DNA of 52,415 nt, counting the filler, from Dimargaris cristalligena (lineage: Eukaryota), in assembly GCA_003614675.1 (NCBI GenBank). It is 2 parts of 2 records of this genome, joined end to end, with 100 filler letters (N's around TTAATTAATTAA, not from the genome) between each part and the next. Parts side by side here need not be neighbours in the genome. Positions count along the whole stretch, not along the records: positions 26,370 to 52,415 come from ML002547.1; 1 more part is not named here. One strand, 5' to 3'. The position numbers and the translations under genes were made by a program. A model generated the notes under the pieces. The model saw nothing but the letters and a program-made list of their open reading frames with translations, had not been told where the DNA came from and searched no databases. Positions 36,471 through 47,475 of this stretch are shown in pieces; within the stretch, counting starts at the first letter, position 1, and each line of letters begins with the position of its first letter.

Positions 36471-38482
36471 TTTTTCTTCCCACTACTGTCTCATATCAAT
36501 TAAGACTAAGTCCCCATCGGTGTAGATATCCGACCCAAGCGATTATTCCACTGACACGGGCAGTCAAGAGTATTGCGTCCGGCTCAAATAGCCAAATCCT
36601 CCGGGTTACTTAACGCCAGGAAACTTTATTCGGACCTTAAATGGGTAGGTTATTGGTTACTATTACCAGCTGCATGCGTGAGTTCCAACACTTTTGTAAT
36701 GACCAACCGCAGCTGAAATTTGGACATGTATTGATGATATGGGAGGGGTTCGGCCTGGCTATATTGCTAAAATCCCGTTTAATGAGACAGGCTAGCAATA
36801 AATATACTACATAGCTTCCCATCGGAAATTCTATTTAGGTCGACCTAAAAATAAAAATGGCAACACTTGGAATGGTCTCCTCGTAAAGTCTCCATCGTGT
36901 GTACCCTTTAAAAGGTAGCTGATTCATTATATTGCCCTGAATATGGCTCGGCACTTGCGTGTTCCTTTTAGCCTACACATTATTTACACTTCATCCCTTC
37001 TTCTGGTAATGGGGGGGGGGTATCTACTGGAATTCAGAAGACTATAATAATATCCAAGTATCATTTATTATGCGTAGAATTATCAGCCTACTTAGGTAAA
37101 CTAAACAAGGGTTGTCGGAACGATACAATTCCTTGGAAATATAGGAATGGGTAGTCCTTAATTGTTAGCCAAAGAGCAAGGGAACCATCGACGGGATGGG
37201 AATATGCAAAGTTGGAAGTGGCATTGTCGTTGAGTATACGATATTGTATTGTAAGTAATTTTTAGAGGGGTCGGTATTAGAATATTGGAGTTATTATTAA
37301 TCACCTCTAACGGAGTTCATTTGACCAAGGCTTACTCCAGAGCGTAAGTAGTTGACACAATCCAGCTTAGTTTCCGCAAGACTCCATTAGGGAAAATTAA
37401 CCCGACGGGCAAGCAAACTTCTAATAAATCAGGAAAGGTGCCCAACCTGCTGACTAGGTCGTCTAACCCAAATCCCATCCTATTTGGGACCTTACCGAAA
37501 TTTCCGAATTCCCATTTTATCACAACAATTCCCCCATCTTATTTATTTACTCTCACGGAATATGTTTAATAACAAAACGTAAAAATGATGACGTTCCCAG
37601 GGGTTACTTATTCCATGTCTGGTGCTCAGCCATAGACCATTCCATATTCTGCTAGATTGAGTCCAAGCCTAGTCGCCACAAAAAAATAGTAAACGGTATA
37701 TATACAAATTACAGCTGTAGTGTTATGAGATTTATGCCAGAGGGCGAGGTAATCAGGACAGAGGTCTTGATTTCTGTTATGCCGGATCTAGTAAGTGGAA
37801 TTCGGAAACCTACAGCTCGGAAGCGCCATCGAGAAAGAGACAATGGTGAAGATTAACCGGCGATACACTGAATTGGCCTCAAGGCTGGATCAGTTGATGA
37901 AAAGGTAAGGAAGGGCATTTAAAAAGACCGGCCCAGTCAGGCGGACCATAGACTTCACATCATTAAATAAATATTGGGCTGCCGATAAAAATATTGTTCC
38001 GTAGGGTAAAGTAGCGGATTCCCAAGCGTAAACATAGGGTTGGTGAATATTCCCCTATGGTAGCAAGCTATGCCGCGTTTAACCATACTGTATTATCCAC
38101 TACCACCAAATTGGTCGTTGGGACTGTATAACCACATTGGACGTCGATTTATCATGGCCTGGAACTAATGCGTCGGAATTGAACTATTTGTCTGCATTTA
38201 GTTATTTCCATTCTGCAAGAAAACGCCGCCATCGTACATACTCGAGTTGGTCAACTCAGTCCACCGAACATAAACAACGCCATAGTATAAATACAGAAGG
38301 TGGCAAGCGCCCAATTTCCTTTATACATATACTACCACAGACTATCCCTACTTGCACGGTTTGAAGTCCACTTTTGTTAAATTATCACCATTATTTAGTT
38401 CGAGACTACACTTACTAGACTATCAGTTTAATTTAAATTTTGTATCGCCCCCCCTCCCACATTAAGTTTTCCTCACTACACT

Positions 38483-39508
38483 ATGTCTTTTCAACTCCTC
38501 TTACGCGATTTATTTACTATTGTCTTTAGTGGGGTTCTACTTATAAATATTTCTACCTGCGCGGTACTTTCCAATCCACACCCTGATTCGACGTTGCCTG
38601 CCAACATCTCCGATTATTTGCGAGTCTACGGTGGTCAGGCTGTTTCTGAGGGCTATCCCTTTTTGGCCCGTGTAGTATCACTTGGCCCTCAAAACACCCT
38701 CTGTTCCGGCAGTGTTCTGAATCAGCACTGGATTCTAACCGCTGCCCATTGCGTAACCCAATGCTCCCAACCATATGATTGGTACGGTGAGTGCAGGGTA
38801 AGCGACCCTGGGTTCACTTACGTCACGGTTGGCACTTCCGACCCACGTACCACCACTATCTTCAACGCCTCCCAAATTATCGTTCACCCCGACTACCATA
38901 CCGATCAAGCACCCGAGGCCGATATCGCAGTCATCCAGCTTCGGACCCCCCTCACGTATTCAAAAGAAGTCCAACCTATCAAAATCTACACCGGTCAGAT
39001 TGCTGATAATGCCGCTGCCCAAGTTATCGGTTGGGGCCAAATCGAAGAGGGCCAGTCACCCACTGCGTCAGCCCCCTACGAAGCGGATATACGGATGTCT
39101 AATGACCGCCAACTTTGTAATGTTGTTGAAGGCTTGAACTTCCAGAACTCGAATGGGCCTCTCATCTGTTCGGCCAAAGACAACTACAAAGGTCCGTGTT
39201 TGGGGGATTCCGGGGGTCCTCTTCTGGGGCGATACCAAGAGACGTGGGCTCAACTCGGAATTACCAGCTTCGGCACCAACCCAGGGACCAATATCACCTG
39301 TGATAGTCCCAACAAAACCTCCTATTTTACACACGTGGCCTATTTCCTGGATTTTGTACTCAATGCCACTAGGCTCGGCCACGATGAAATAGTATTAACC
39401 ACCAATGGTGTCGGTCGTCTGGTTGAAATGCAGTCAAGTGTAATATTTATCTCATTTTTCTTTTCCATCTTTACTGCCAATGTTTTGTTTACCAATGTAT
39501 TTCTATAG
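38483..39508 (+). CDS. Secreted S1A (trypsin-fold) serine protease with a hydrophobic C-terminal tail (possible GPI signal)
   Basis: Signal peptide; R|VYGG activation site; TAAHC, DIAVI, GDSGGP; tail SVIFISFFFSIFTANVLF; TATAAATA at 38286. Confidence 0.95.
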   Translation: MSFQLLLRDLFTIVFSGVLLINISTCAVLSNPHPDSTLPANISDYLRVYGGQAVSEGYPFLARVVSLGPQNTLCSGSVLNQHWILTAAHCVTQCSQPYDWYGECRVSDPGFTYVTVGTSDPRTTTIFNASQIIVHPDYHTDQAPEADIAVIQLRTPLTYSKEVQPIKIYTGQIADNAAAQVIGWGQIEEGQSPTASAPYEADIRMSNDRQLCNVVEGLNFQNSNGPLICSAKDNYKGPCLGDSGGPLLGRYQETWAQLGITSFGTNPGTNITCDSPNKTSYFTHVAYFLDFVLNATRLGHDEIVLTTNGVGRLVEMQSSVIFISFFFSIFTANVLFTNVFL

Positions 39509-39691
39509 ATACGCACCAGGACCGACATCTTTCCCAAATTAACTGGAGGATTCGACGAAAACTGGTATAATACACCTTCCCAACTAAGATAATATACTGC
39601 ACAAAGTTTTGAAGTTCAATAAATAATGAATTGTATAAGCGATAGTCTGTGGGCGATGAATGTAAACGGAAGTAGAGAGGAGTGTGTCGGT

Positions 39692-42600
39692 TCATTCGGG
39701 ATTCGTCGATTGTAAATACGGCCAGCACACGTTGATCGGGAATAGTGGACTGCCATAAATAGACTTTGTCTTTTGGTTTATCTTCTCGAAACACCCGCGG
39801 AGGGCATCAATCCAAGCGATTACTTTACAACCGGGCGGAACCTGCGTATATACATTACAAAGGGACCCAATTAATTATTAGAAATAGACAAAAGGCAAGC
39901 TGCCGGTTAAGGAAACACCCCAAATGGAAACTTATGCTAAATTAGTACCATGCCTGTTATCAAAAGAAGAGTCGCCATATTGGATGATAAAGTATGACTA
40001 CTGACTTGCTGAACAAGGATAGTGGGTTCTAGAAAAATAATTGCAAAAATGAGGATATTGTGTCCAGTATCGAATTAGTAATTCTACACGCTCCATGTCT
40101 TGGTAGTCGAGTAGCCCTTCCAAGTAATTAGTGAAGTCTTCCACATCCTCGGGTATGGGCCCTTTCGGGAAGGTATGCACCCATTCGGTGATCAACATCC
40201 GTTGGTCGGCCAAACCGGTTTGACCTAGCAGATCGGGGTAGTTATTAGGCTTAAAAACAAAAAGCCACAGGGATAATTGATAAAGGCGTAGTTAGATATC
40301 CAGAAAATTCCGATAGATTGCATAGCGTGGGCTTAAATATCACCTTTACGGCCAATGGGGTGTGGAACGGAGTAATAACGTTTCCTAAGTGAGAATGGCC
40401 GGCACTGAGCTAGCTTAATGAGGAAGTGTGAAGGGAAGAAAAGAAAGGGGTATGTAGTACTCCCTGGATGGAAACTGACCTGAGATGGCAATAACAAACC
40501 TCCATTAAGGTCTCCAGGGCCATGCGAATCAGACGGGATTGGCAAAGGCTGGCGATGAATTTTTTCTTCCAAGCCGGGTGGTTTGGGCTTGGATCGGAAG
40601 CATTCTCGTAGAATATCGGCCTTAATATCTTTCAAAGGTAACAACATATCAAAAGAGATGAGAAAATATCGAACTATTATGTTATTAGTCAATAAGCATA
40701 CCTTAGTCCAGGTCCACTGGTGGAAAATTGGTTAGCCCGGGTGAGAGAGTCGAAATCCCTATGCTAATGAATGTCGATTTTACATTGCAACCGATATCCG
40801 TGGACCAAACTTCCACTCAACTGGATCATTCCCACTGGAAACCCATCTAATGAGTCGACATTAGCCAGCTAACCCGATAGCGCTTACCATCCGGAAATGC
40901 TCTGATTTCGGCCATATTAAGGGAATCGCGATATGGTGTCAAGGGTTCCATTTGGTCAAATAAATCGGCGGATGAGTTCGAGCTAGGTCCAGCGCGATTA
41001 AACAAAGCTACTATTGATGGTGCCGATCCGTGGTCAGGTCGATTTCGGAGACCCAGTACTGTATTCGGGGGTGGACACAGAGGCCGAGGTGAGCGTGATG
41101 CCCGTTTTTTCGAACCGGGCAAGAATTTTTGGAACCCACTTCGATTCAGGGCGGTAATCTGCACTTCGCGTTGGAGTTCGGGGGGTAGAGCGCCCAAAAC
41201 GGCGGGATCGATTTGGGACGGGGTGGGGAATTCCTGCGACCGGGCCAAGGCCCGCCGCTGGGGAGTCGTCGCCCCTCCACCAGCTGCCCGGGTGGCCCGG
41301 GGCGTGGGCGAGTCGGGCGGATCATGGGAAGGGGCGGTAAAATTCGGGTCAAGCAACTGACTGCGGGCACCGACGGGATGGGCCCGGAATTGCGTTCGTA
41401 TTTCTTTCTTGACACTCTCCGGCAAACTTCGCCACACGTCCCGACTAATTTGCGAGGAAGGGGCGGAGATGGGTGACTGATCAGCTTGGGTCCGTACCGG
41501 TGTACACAATTGTATTGGGTATTCCGGGGGACAAACATCTAGTGACCGGTTGCCTTGTGGACCAACCAGAGTACGGGGCAATGTCGGCGTGGCAGTAGTG
41601 GCAGCGGGCCTATCGTTAAAAAAATGGGACAGGGGTCGGTGAGACGAGTCCCTGGGATGATCGGCGGAGTGCAGTTCAGCCGATCCCGAAGGGTCGTCGG
41701 AAACTAATTTCTGTACCTGTATGCCCACGGCCCGGAGGTCCACCGGGGGCACCGCCAATTGACCAAGAAGCCGACTGCACGTCTGGTAGAGAGCGTCAGC
41801 CTCCCGGGTGAGCTGGGGGAGAGTTGCTGATTTTGAAAAATTATCGCACAGTCCATGGCCCAAATGCTTACGGGCCTCCCCCGCACCCTCCTGCCGACGT
41901 TTGAGTCGTAGGGTGACTGATTTGCCTCGAACACTGGCTGTGGCCATTCGGGTGTGAACTTCCTGGCAGAGATCGCGGAGAAACTTGTCCACCTGGGCGG
42001 GTGTTTCAAACCGAACCCCCCAGCCAATTTCAGTTCCCACTGAATGTCGAGGGGGGGAAGTGACTAGTGGCCGGTCGTCCTGGCCGAGGGCCATGCGCTG
42101 TATATTAAGGCCAGCCTTAGGTCCCAGCATATCTTGTAGGCGAGCAAGCGGCTGGTTACGAAGGTCCCTGATAGTAGTGATCCCCGCATCAGCCAGCTTC
42201 CGGGCGGTGGTCTCACCAATGCCGGGAATATGTTTAACCGGTAGTGGAGCTAGCCGGGTAGGCGCATCTTCGATGGGGAGGTAGTACTGGCCATGTGGTT
42301 TAGCCCAGCGGGTGGCCAGCTTCGCCAATAGAATATTCTCGGATATACCCACACTAACTTGACATTGGGTAGCCTCCCACACCTGCTGACGAAGCGATTC
42401 GGCCATCTTAGCACAAACTGACTCGCGACTTACACCCTTGGTCTGGGCACCTTTATCGGCGCTCTGATCATTAATAAGGTTAGTGACGTCCAGAATAGCC
42501 TCGTCCATACCCCCGACCTGAACTTGGGGAGTGGTCGCGACTAAGATCTGGTAGAGAGTGCGGGATGCTTCCCGGTATTGTTCAAACTCGTAGGGAATCA

Positions 42601-43887
42601 CAATAAGGTTGGGGCACAATTGCCTGGCCCGCCCCACCACCATTCCATTAGAGACTCCCGCGGCACGAGCCTCGTAGTTACACGAGGCGATATCACTCGA
42701 TGAGGCCTCCGATGGATTCTGGCAATGGCTAACGGCCACGGGTTTACCTCGAAGGTCGGGTCTGGAGCGTAGCCCCACTGCCACAAAAAAGCAGTCAAAG
42801 TCAACGTACATGATACATCTTCGACCGGATGCCCTGGCTGATCCGGTGGATTCGCTTGTGAGTCCCCGTTGGCGACGAAGTTCTATGACATAGTTCTGGA
42901 GTTCAATTTTAAAGGTGGACAGGTGGTGTAGGCGGGAAGAAGCGTAATAGTTCTGGATAAAGTTGGCATCGGTGGAGCGATGGTTGGGGGGACCAGGTTG
43001 GGGCACTTTATGGGTCGGGTATGGATCAGCCAAAGACCGGTCACCCTCGGGGTTCTGAAGCAGTGGTTGGACTGTGCCTAGTTCAAGGTCGCCCAGGCTA
43101 TTATCACTCGCCCTCGAGGCCTCTGGTTCTTTCCAGTGAGAGGACAGTGTCCCTTTGGTTGGTATCCGCATGCTGTCTAGTGGATAGTTTTTCCAGGGTA
43201 GGGCCTGGTTAGCTGCAATACTCTCTAACAACCATGCTGGGGTTACAATTCGGTAGTCAGTCCGCTGGCCCCATTCTTTCACTTTGGTGGGCGTTAACTG
43301 CGTGGCGATGATATAAGTGGGCCGATCAGACGGGGTTAGGTGATGAATATACTCGCCCCCGTGGAGAAATACCAAATGTCGGATTTCAAAGTTAGAAGGC
43401 TGAGTGTACCCAGTGACGTATACGCGAATACCTTGAAGAACAACTATAATTTCCGGGAACCCATCAACGGGTTGGATACGAATTTTCAGTCGTGAGAGAA
43501 TACTAGTTGGTAAGAATCCGATTAATCAACGCATAAGCAACAGTTACTTGATATTATAGCATAGTATGACAAGCATCCGTGAGGGCAGCCAGCCAAGTGA
43601 AGGGTCAGGGGAGTATTGCCTATGTAGTAAGCGATAATCCGGCGATAGCGTTAGCCTCATGGAATGAGGTCCGCCAAGTGGGAAGGGCTTGTAGGAGCAG
43701 GTTCATTCAGGCAATGCATGGGTGCGAGAATAGCTTCCCGTCACTTACAAGAGATGCGCTGCCTAGATTCAGAAGAATCTCTACCCGATGGGGAGTCTGC
43801 GTCGAAGATGGTCTGGATTTGCTCCCCTTGCTGTTGCAACTTGCGTCGCTTGTCGCCCATGTAGTCACGAAAGGTGTACTCAGCCAT
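39692..43887 (-). CDS. REV1: DNA repair protein Rev1 (BRCT, Y-family polymerase, UBM-like motifs, C-terminal domain), multi-exon; 3' exon boundaries approximate
   Basis: FRDYMGDKRRKLQQQ; BRCT VYVTGYTQP..HGGEY; YYASSRLHHLS; YVDFDCFFVAV; IASCNYEAR; KHLGHGLCD; CTD ITEWV...PIPEDVEDFTNYL..DMERV and a final exon WIDALRGCFEKINQKTKSIYG. Confidence 0.95.
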
Positions 43888-44508
43888 TCTGAAGACAAAT
43901 GGAATCAGAGTGAAAAAAAAAGAGGCTATCAATAGAGACTGGCCGTATAAAGCCAATTGTAAGAAAATAAGGCGGAGTTTATGCGTAGTAGCCCCCGAGG
44001 GCTTGTTTTTAAATACATGTGAGGGACTAGTAATTAAGATCCCATTTGGGAATATAGGTGCTCTGCAATATATAGCTTAGAGGCATTCCAGCCAAATTTA
44101 ATAACCTTATTTCTCACTAGACTCGCCATTCGGGCATACTGTCATCCACCTGCTACGCGCTGTTACGCCCTCAGGGGAATAATCATAATACATACCCGCT
44201 TGGATACAAATATAATATCATTAATAGATGGCTGTGCTTTTCGTTTAATTATCCACTTATCAATGATAAGAGCTGATTTGGCTTTCGGCCTAATTCTAAT
44301 ACCATCACCAATAAGTTTGCCAGGGTGAAAAACTAGTTACTCGTGGCCAAGATAGTAACTATTCTGGGCCGGAATAACGAATATTAATTGAAAAATGGTT
44401 TATTTAGGAGCCGAAGTGCAAAAACGGCGAGAAAAGCGAACAATATCAGAGGCAATTTAGGTGGAAGCTAATAGTTTCGATACTCGCTTTTAAATCAGGG
44501 ACGGACAA

Positions 44509-45369
44509 TTAGTACCAGCGGTGGTTATTGAATTGGCCGCGGCTATTGCCACCGTGGCCTCCGTCACCACCATCACCGCCGTTTCCGCCGCTACCGCGAC
44601 CATAGCTGTTACCACCATCGCCGCCGTGACCACCGTCACCACCATCGCCCCCGCCTCCACGACCGTGTCCAGATCCATGGCCACGATAGCGACGGTCATA
44701 GTCATCGTAATATCCTAAGCCGCGGCGATACCGGCCGCCGGCATTGCCCCCGTCACCACCGTCGCCGCCGTCGCCACCGGAACCGCGACCGCGGCTGTTT
44801 CCGCCGTGGCCACCATCACCACCGTCACCGCCATCGCCCCCGCTTCCACGCCCGTGTCCGGATCCGTGGCCGCGATAGCGACGGTCATAGTTGTCGTAAT
44901 ATCCTAAGCCACGACGATACCGGCCGCCGGCATTACCACCATCTCCACCATCTCCTCCGTCACCACCGGAGCCGCGACCGTGGCTGTTTCCGCCGTGGCC
45001 ACCATCACCACCGTCGCCGCCGTTGCCACCCGGGCCCGAGGAATGACCGTGGCCCCAACGGTAATCACGGCCATTTCCACGATGACGGTAATCATCGAAA
45101 TTATTGTAGGGGCTGCGGCGGTGAACGCTTCCACCATGACCGCCATCGCCACCGTCGCCGCCGTCACCACCGGAACCACGACCACGGCTGTTTCCACCGT
45201 GGCCCCCGTCACCGCCATCACCACCGTTTCCGCCTGACGAGTGCCCGTGGCCGTGGTGATGATTGTTGTTGGACCAGCTACGAATGTTCAGGTCCGAGGT
45301 GGTCGAGGCCTGCGCTTGGGAGGCCAAGACGGTGACCAAGAGAGCAGCGATTCCAACGTTGATCTTCAT
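44509..45369 (-). CDS. Secreted glycine-rich (GGD/GGH/GGN) repeat protein with four modules separated by R/RR sites
   Basis: Signal peptide MKINVGIAALLVTVLASQAQA; modules end VHRR, RYRR, RYRR; internal 189-bp (63-aa) duplication (44685 vs 44874). Confidence 0.85.
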   Translation of the reverse strand: MKINVGIAALLVTVLASQAQASTTSDLNIRSWSNNNHHHGHGHSSGGNGGDGGDGGHGGNSRGRGSGGDGGDGGDGGHGGSVHRRSPYNNFDDYRHRGNGRDYRWGHGHSSGPGGNGGDGGDGGHGGNSHGRGSGGDGGDGGDGGNAGGRYRRGLGYYDNYDRRYRGHGSGHGRGSGGDGGDGGDGGHGGNSRGRGSGGDGGDGGDGGNAGGRYRRGLGYYDDYDRRYRGHGSGHGRGGGGDGGDGGHGGDGGNSYGRGSGGNGGDGGDGGHGGNSRGQFNNHRWY

Positions 45370-47475
45370 GTTGTTGATAGATAAAGAGGGGAGTTGATTG
45401 AGAAGTTTAGGAGACTTATTGGAGTTATCCGTCGAGGATGAGTTGGACTGAGATACCAAACAGCTGACTGATAAGAGTTACTAAAAGGATAGAGGATAAT
45501 TGCACTAGAACCAACTTGGGAACTAATGGTCACTAAATAGTTGGGTATATAGAGGGATTATATGTGTAGGTCAAGGGTTAAACTTTGGAATATATATTGA
45601 GAGGTGAGAAGGCGGAGAGCACTGGGCTTGATGCTTTAGAAGAGGGCTGCTAGGTGGGTATTTATAATGGCTGGGCTCATTAGGATATCTGAATTTACTG
45701 GTACTCCTGGTCACTTTTTTGATGGCAACATCTTTGAGCCATTGCAGCTGAAGGTTCAATAGCGGGTTATCGGCTAAGCGAGGCACTAGCATGAGACATT
45801 GACTAGCTGGTCTCTTGTTCTACTTTGGCTGGATTATTTTGAACTACACCAGATGAGCTAATTGAGCAGCGGTCGGACTTCCGGGCAACTTAATTGCGTA
45901 AGCTGCTGCACCAGCTTCTTCACTGGTACTCCTGAATCTATTTCCGGAGTCCTTAGTGATGCCGGATTCCTCACGAGCACTATTTAGGTATTGGAACAGA
46001 CTCGTGTTCAGGGGGGAGGGGCGGCGGCAACAGTGCCTGGATACCCTCCCCCCACATACATGGCGGAATTCCCTCGCCATTAGATCCAAGCACGCCTTCA
46101 TGCATGGCTTAATTAACGTAACTCCTGACAGTATACTATATCCTTGACCAGTGGGGGCTCTGCCAGTTATTGGCTCTATGATGATAAAGCGGAGAAGCAT
46201 CAATTTGGACTAATTCGAATACTAAAAGCGTGGTGCGGGGAACTGCATTGGGTCACTGATGGCCCCGGAGCCTCTGCATACCCTATACTGTTCAAGGAAC
46301 AGACGTGGTTTATTACATGCCCGCCACGGTTTATTTACCGGGGGTTAGCGACAGTATCTTGCAGGGCAGTGCTGCTTCTCAGGACTATATCTATCCTAAG
46401 TTAATAGAAGCCTTCTAAAGAAACATCGGTCGGACTTAAATACGCCATTTCGTACTAAAAAGGTGGCACGCAGTAGCAGCGAGGGAAATTCTCCGGATTA
46501 ATATATTAGTTAGGCTGACGCGTCCCTCGTTCAAATCGTTATTTTCCGTCCGGAGTGACTGTCCCGCATGCGGGTTTTTAACTGGTGGTACGCAACCCAA
46601 AATGAACCGTAATAGATTGAGGAACCGAAGCCGCTCTATACCAGCATCACAGTTGCCCCTGGATCTCACTGGGTCAGAAAACACGACTATCCTGGCCACG
46701 GCATTTCCTCCTTAAAGCTTATTGAAGTAAACAGCGGGAGAGCGGATATTCAAGTTTGGCAAGTTACCATCCCGCCATGTAAAGCGGAATTTCCCAGAAT
46801 ACGCATCGGTATCCCATGAGGTACAAGGGTTCCCCTACCGATGGTGTTCCTAATTACAACCCAATGTGTATTAATAAGCCCATTTGCCGCGATTGTTATT
46901 GCATAACGGCCTAGGCCTGAGCTAAATCGGCAGCGGATTATTACGTATAGCCACCTATTCCCTAAATGGCCGCTTAATTTAGAACCCCGCAGTCACAGTA
47001 CACCAGAGTGCGTTCATCAGGTTACCAACACTGTTGGTCAGGCGGAACTTTCCCTCCTGATACCTGTTTCATTGGGTGCCATCACAAGCCAACGTCTATA
47101 ATTCTATATCACACCTCCATTTACCCTAACCACTGTCACCCTCTGCAGCATGGTATTACAACAAGACACATGTTCTTATTCGTTTGGTGGCCTGTGGTTA
47201 ATGTCATGAAAATACGTTAAGAGTTAATTGCCATGGATCGACATTGAAAACATCATTTTTTAACATTTAATTAAGATCGAATATCCAATAAATAAAACAT
47301 TAACTCGTCAGTAACGCTGGGTTCCCCGGAAAGAAAAAAAAAATAGCATTTGTATACCCAGCAGGAACATAATAAGCGAATAAAGTAAATCATGCGATTG
47401 CAAGAAACGTACAGAAAAGATGGGAGTATTTTAATAGGCAGGCTGAATCCATAGGCATCGCAGAGCGATATCCGA

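Noticed and set aside
39948..39954. 5-nt micro-exon (GCATG) that would restore phase before the last REV1 exon
   Set aside because: It fits arithmetically, but the splice signals are weak and other models are possible; needs RNA-seq.
19550..45369. KEX1 clustered with RR-processed precursors as a peptide biosynthetic cluster
   Set aside because: They lie on different contigs across the synthetic linker, and no tailoring enzymes (e.g. DUF3328) are seen.
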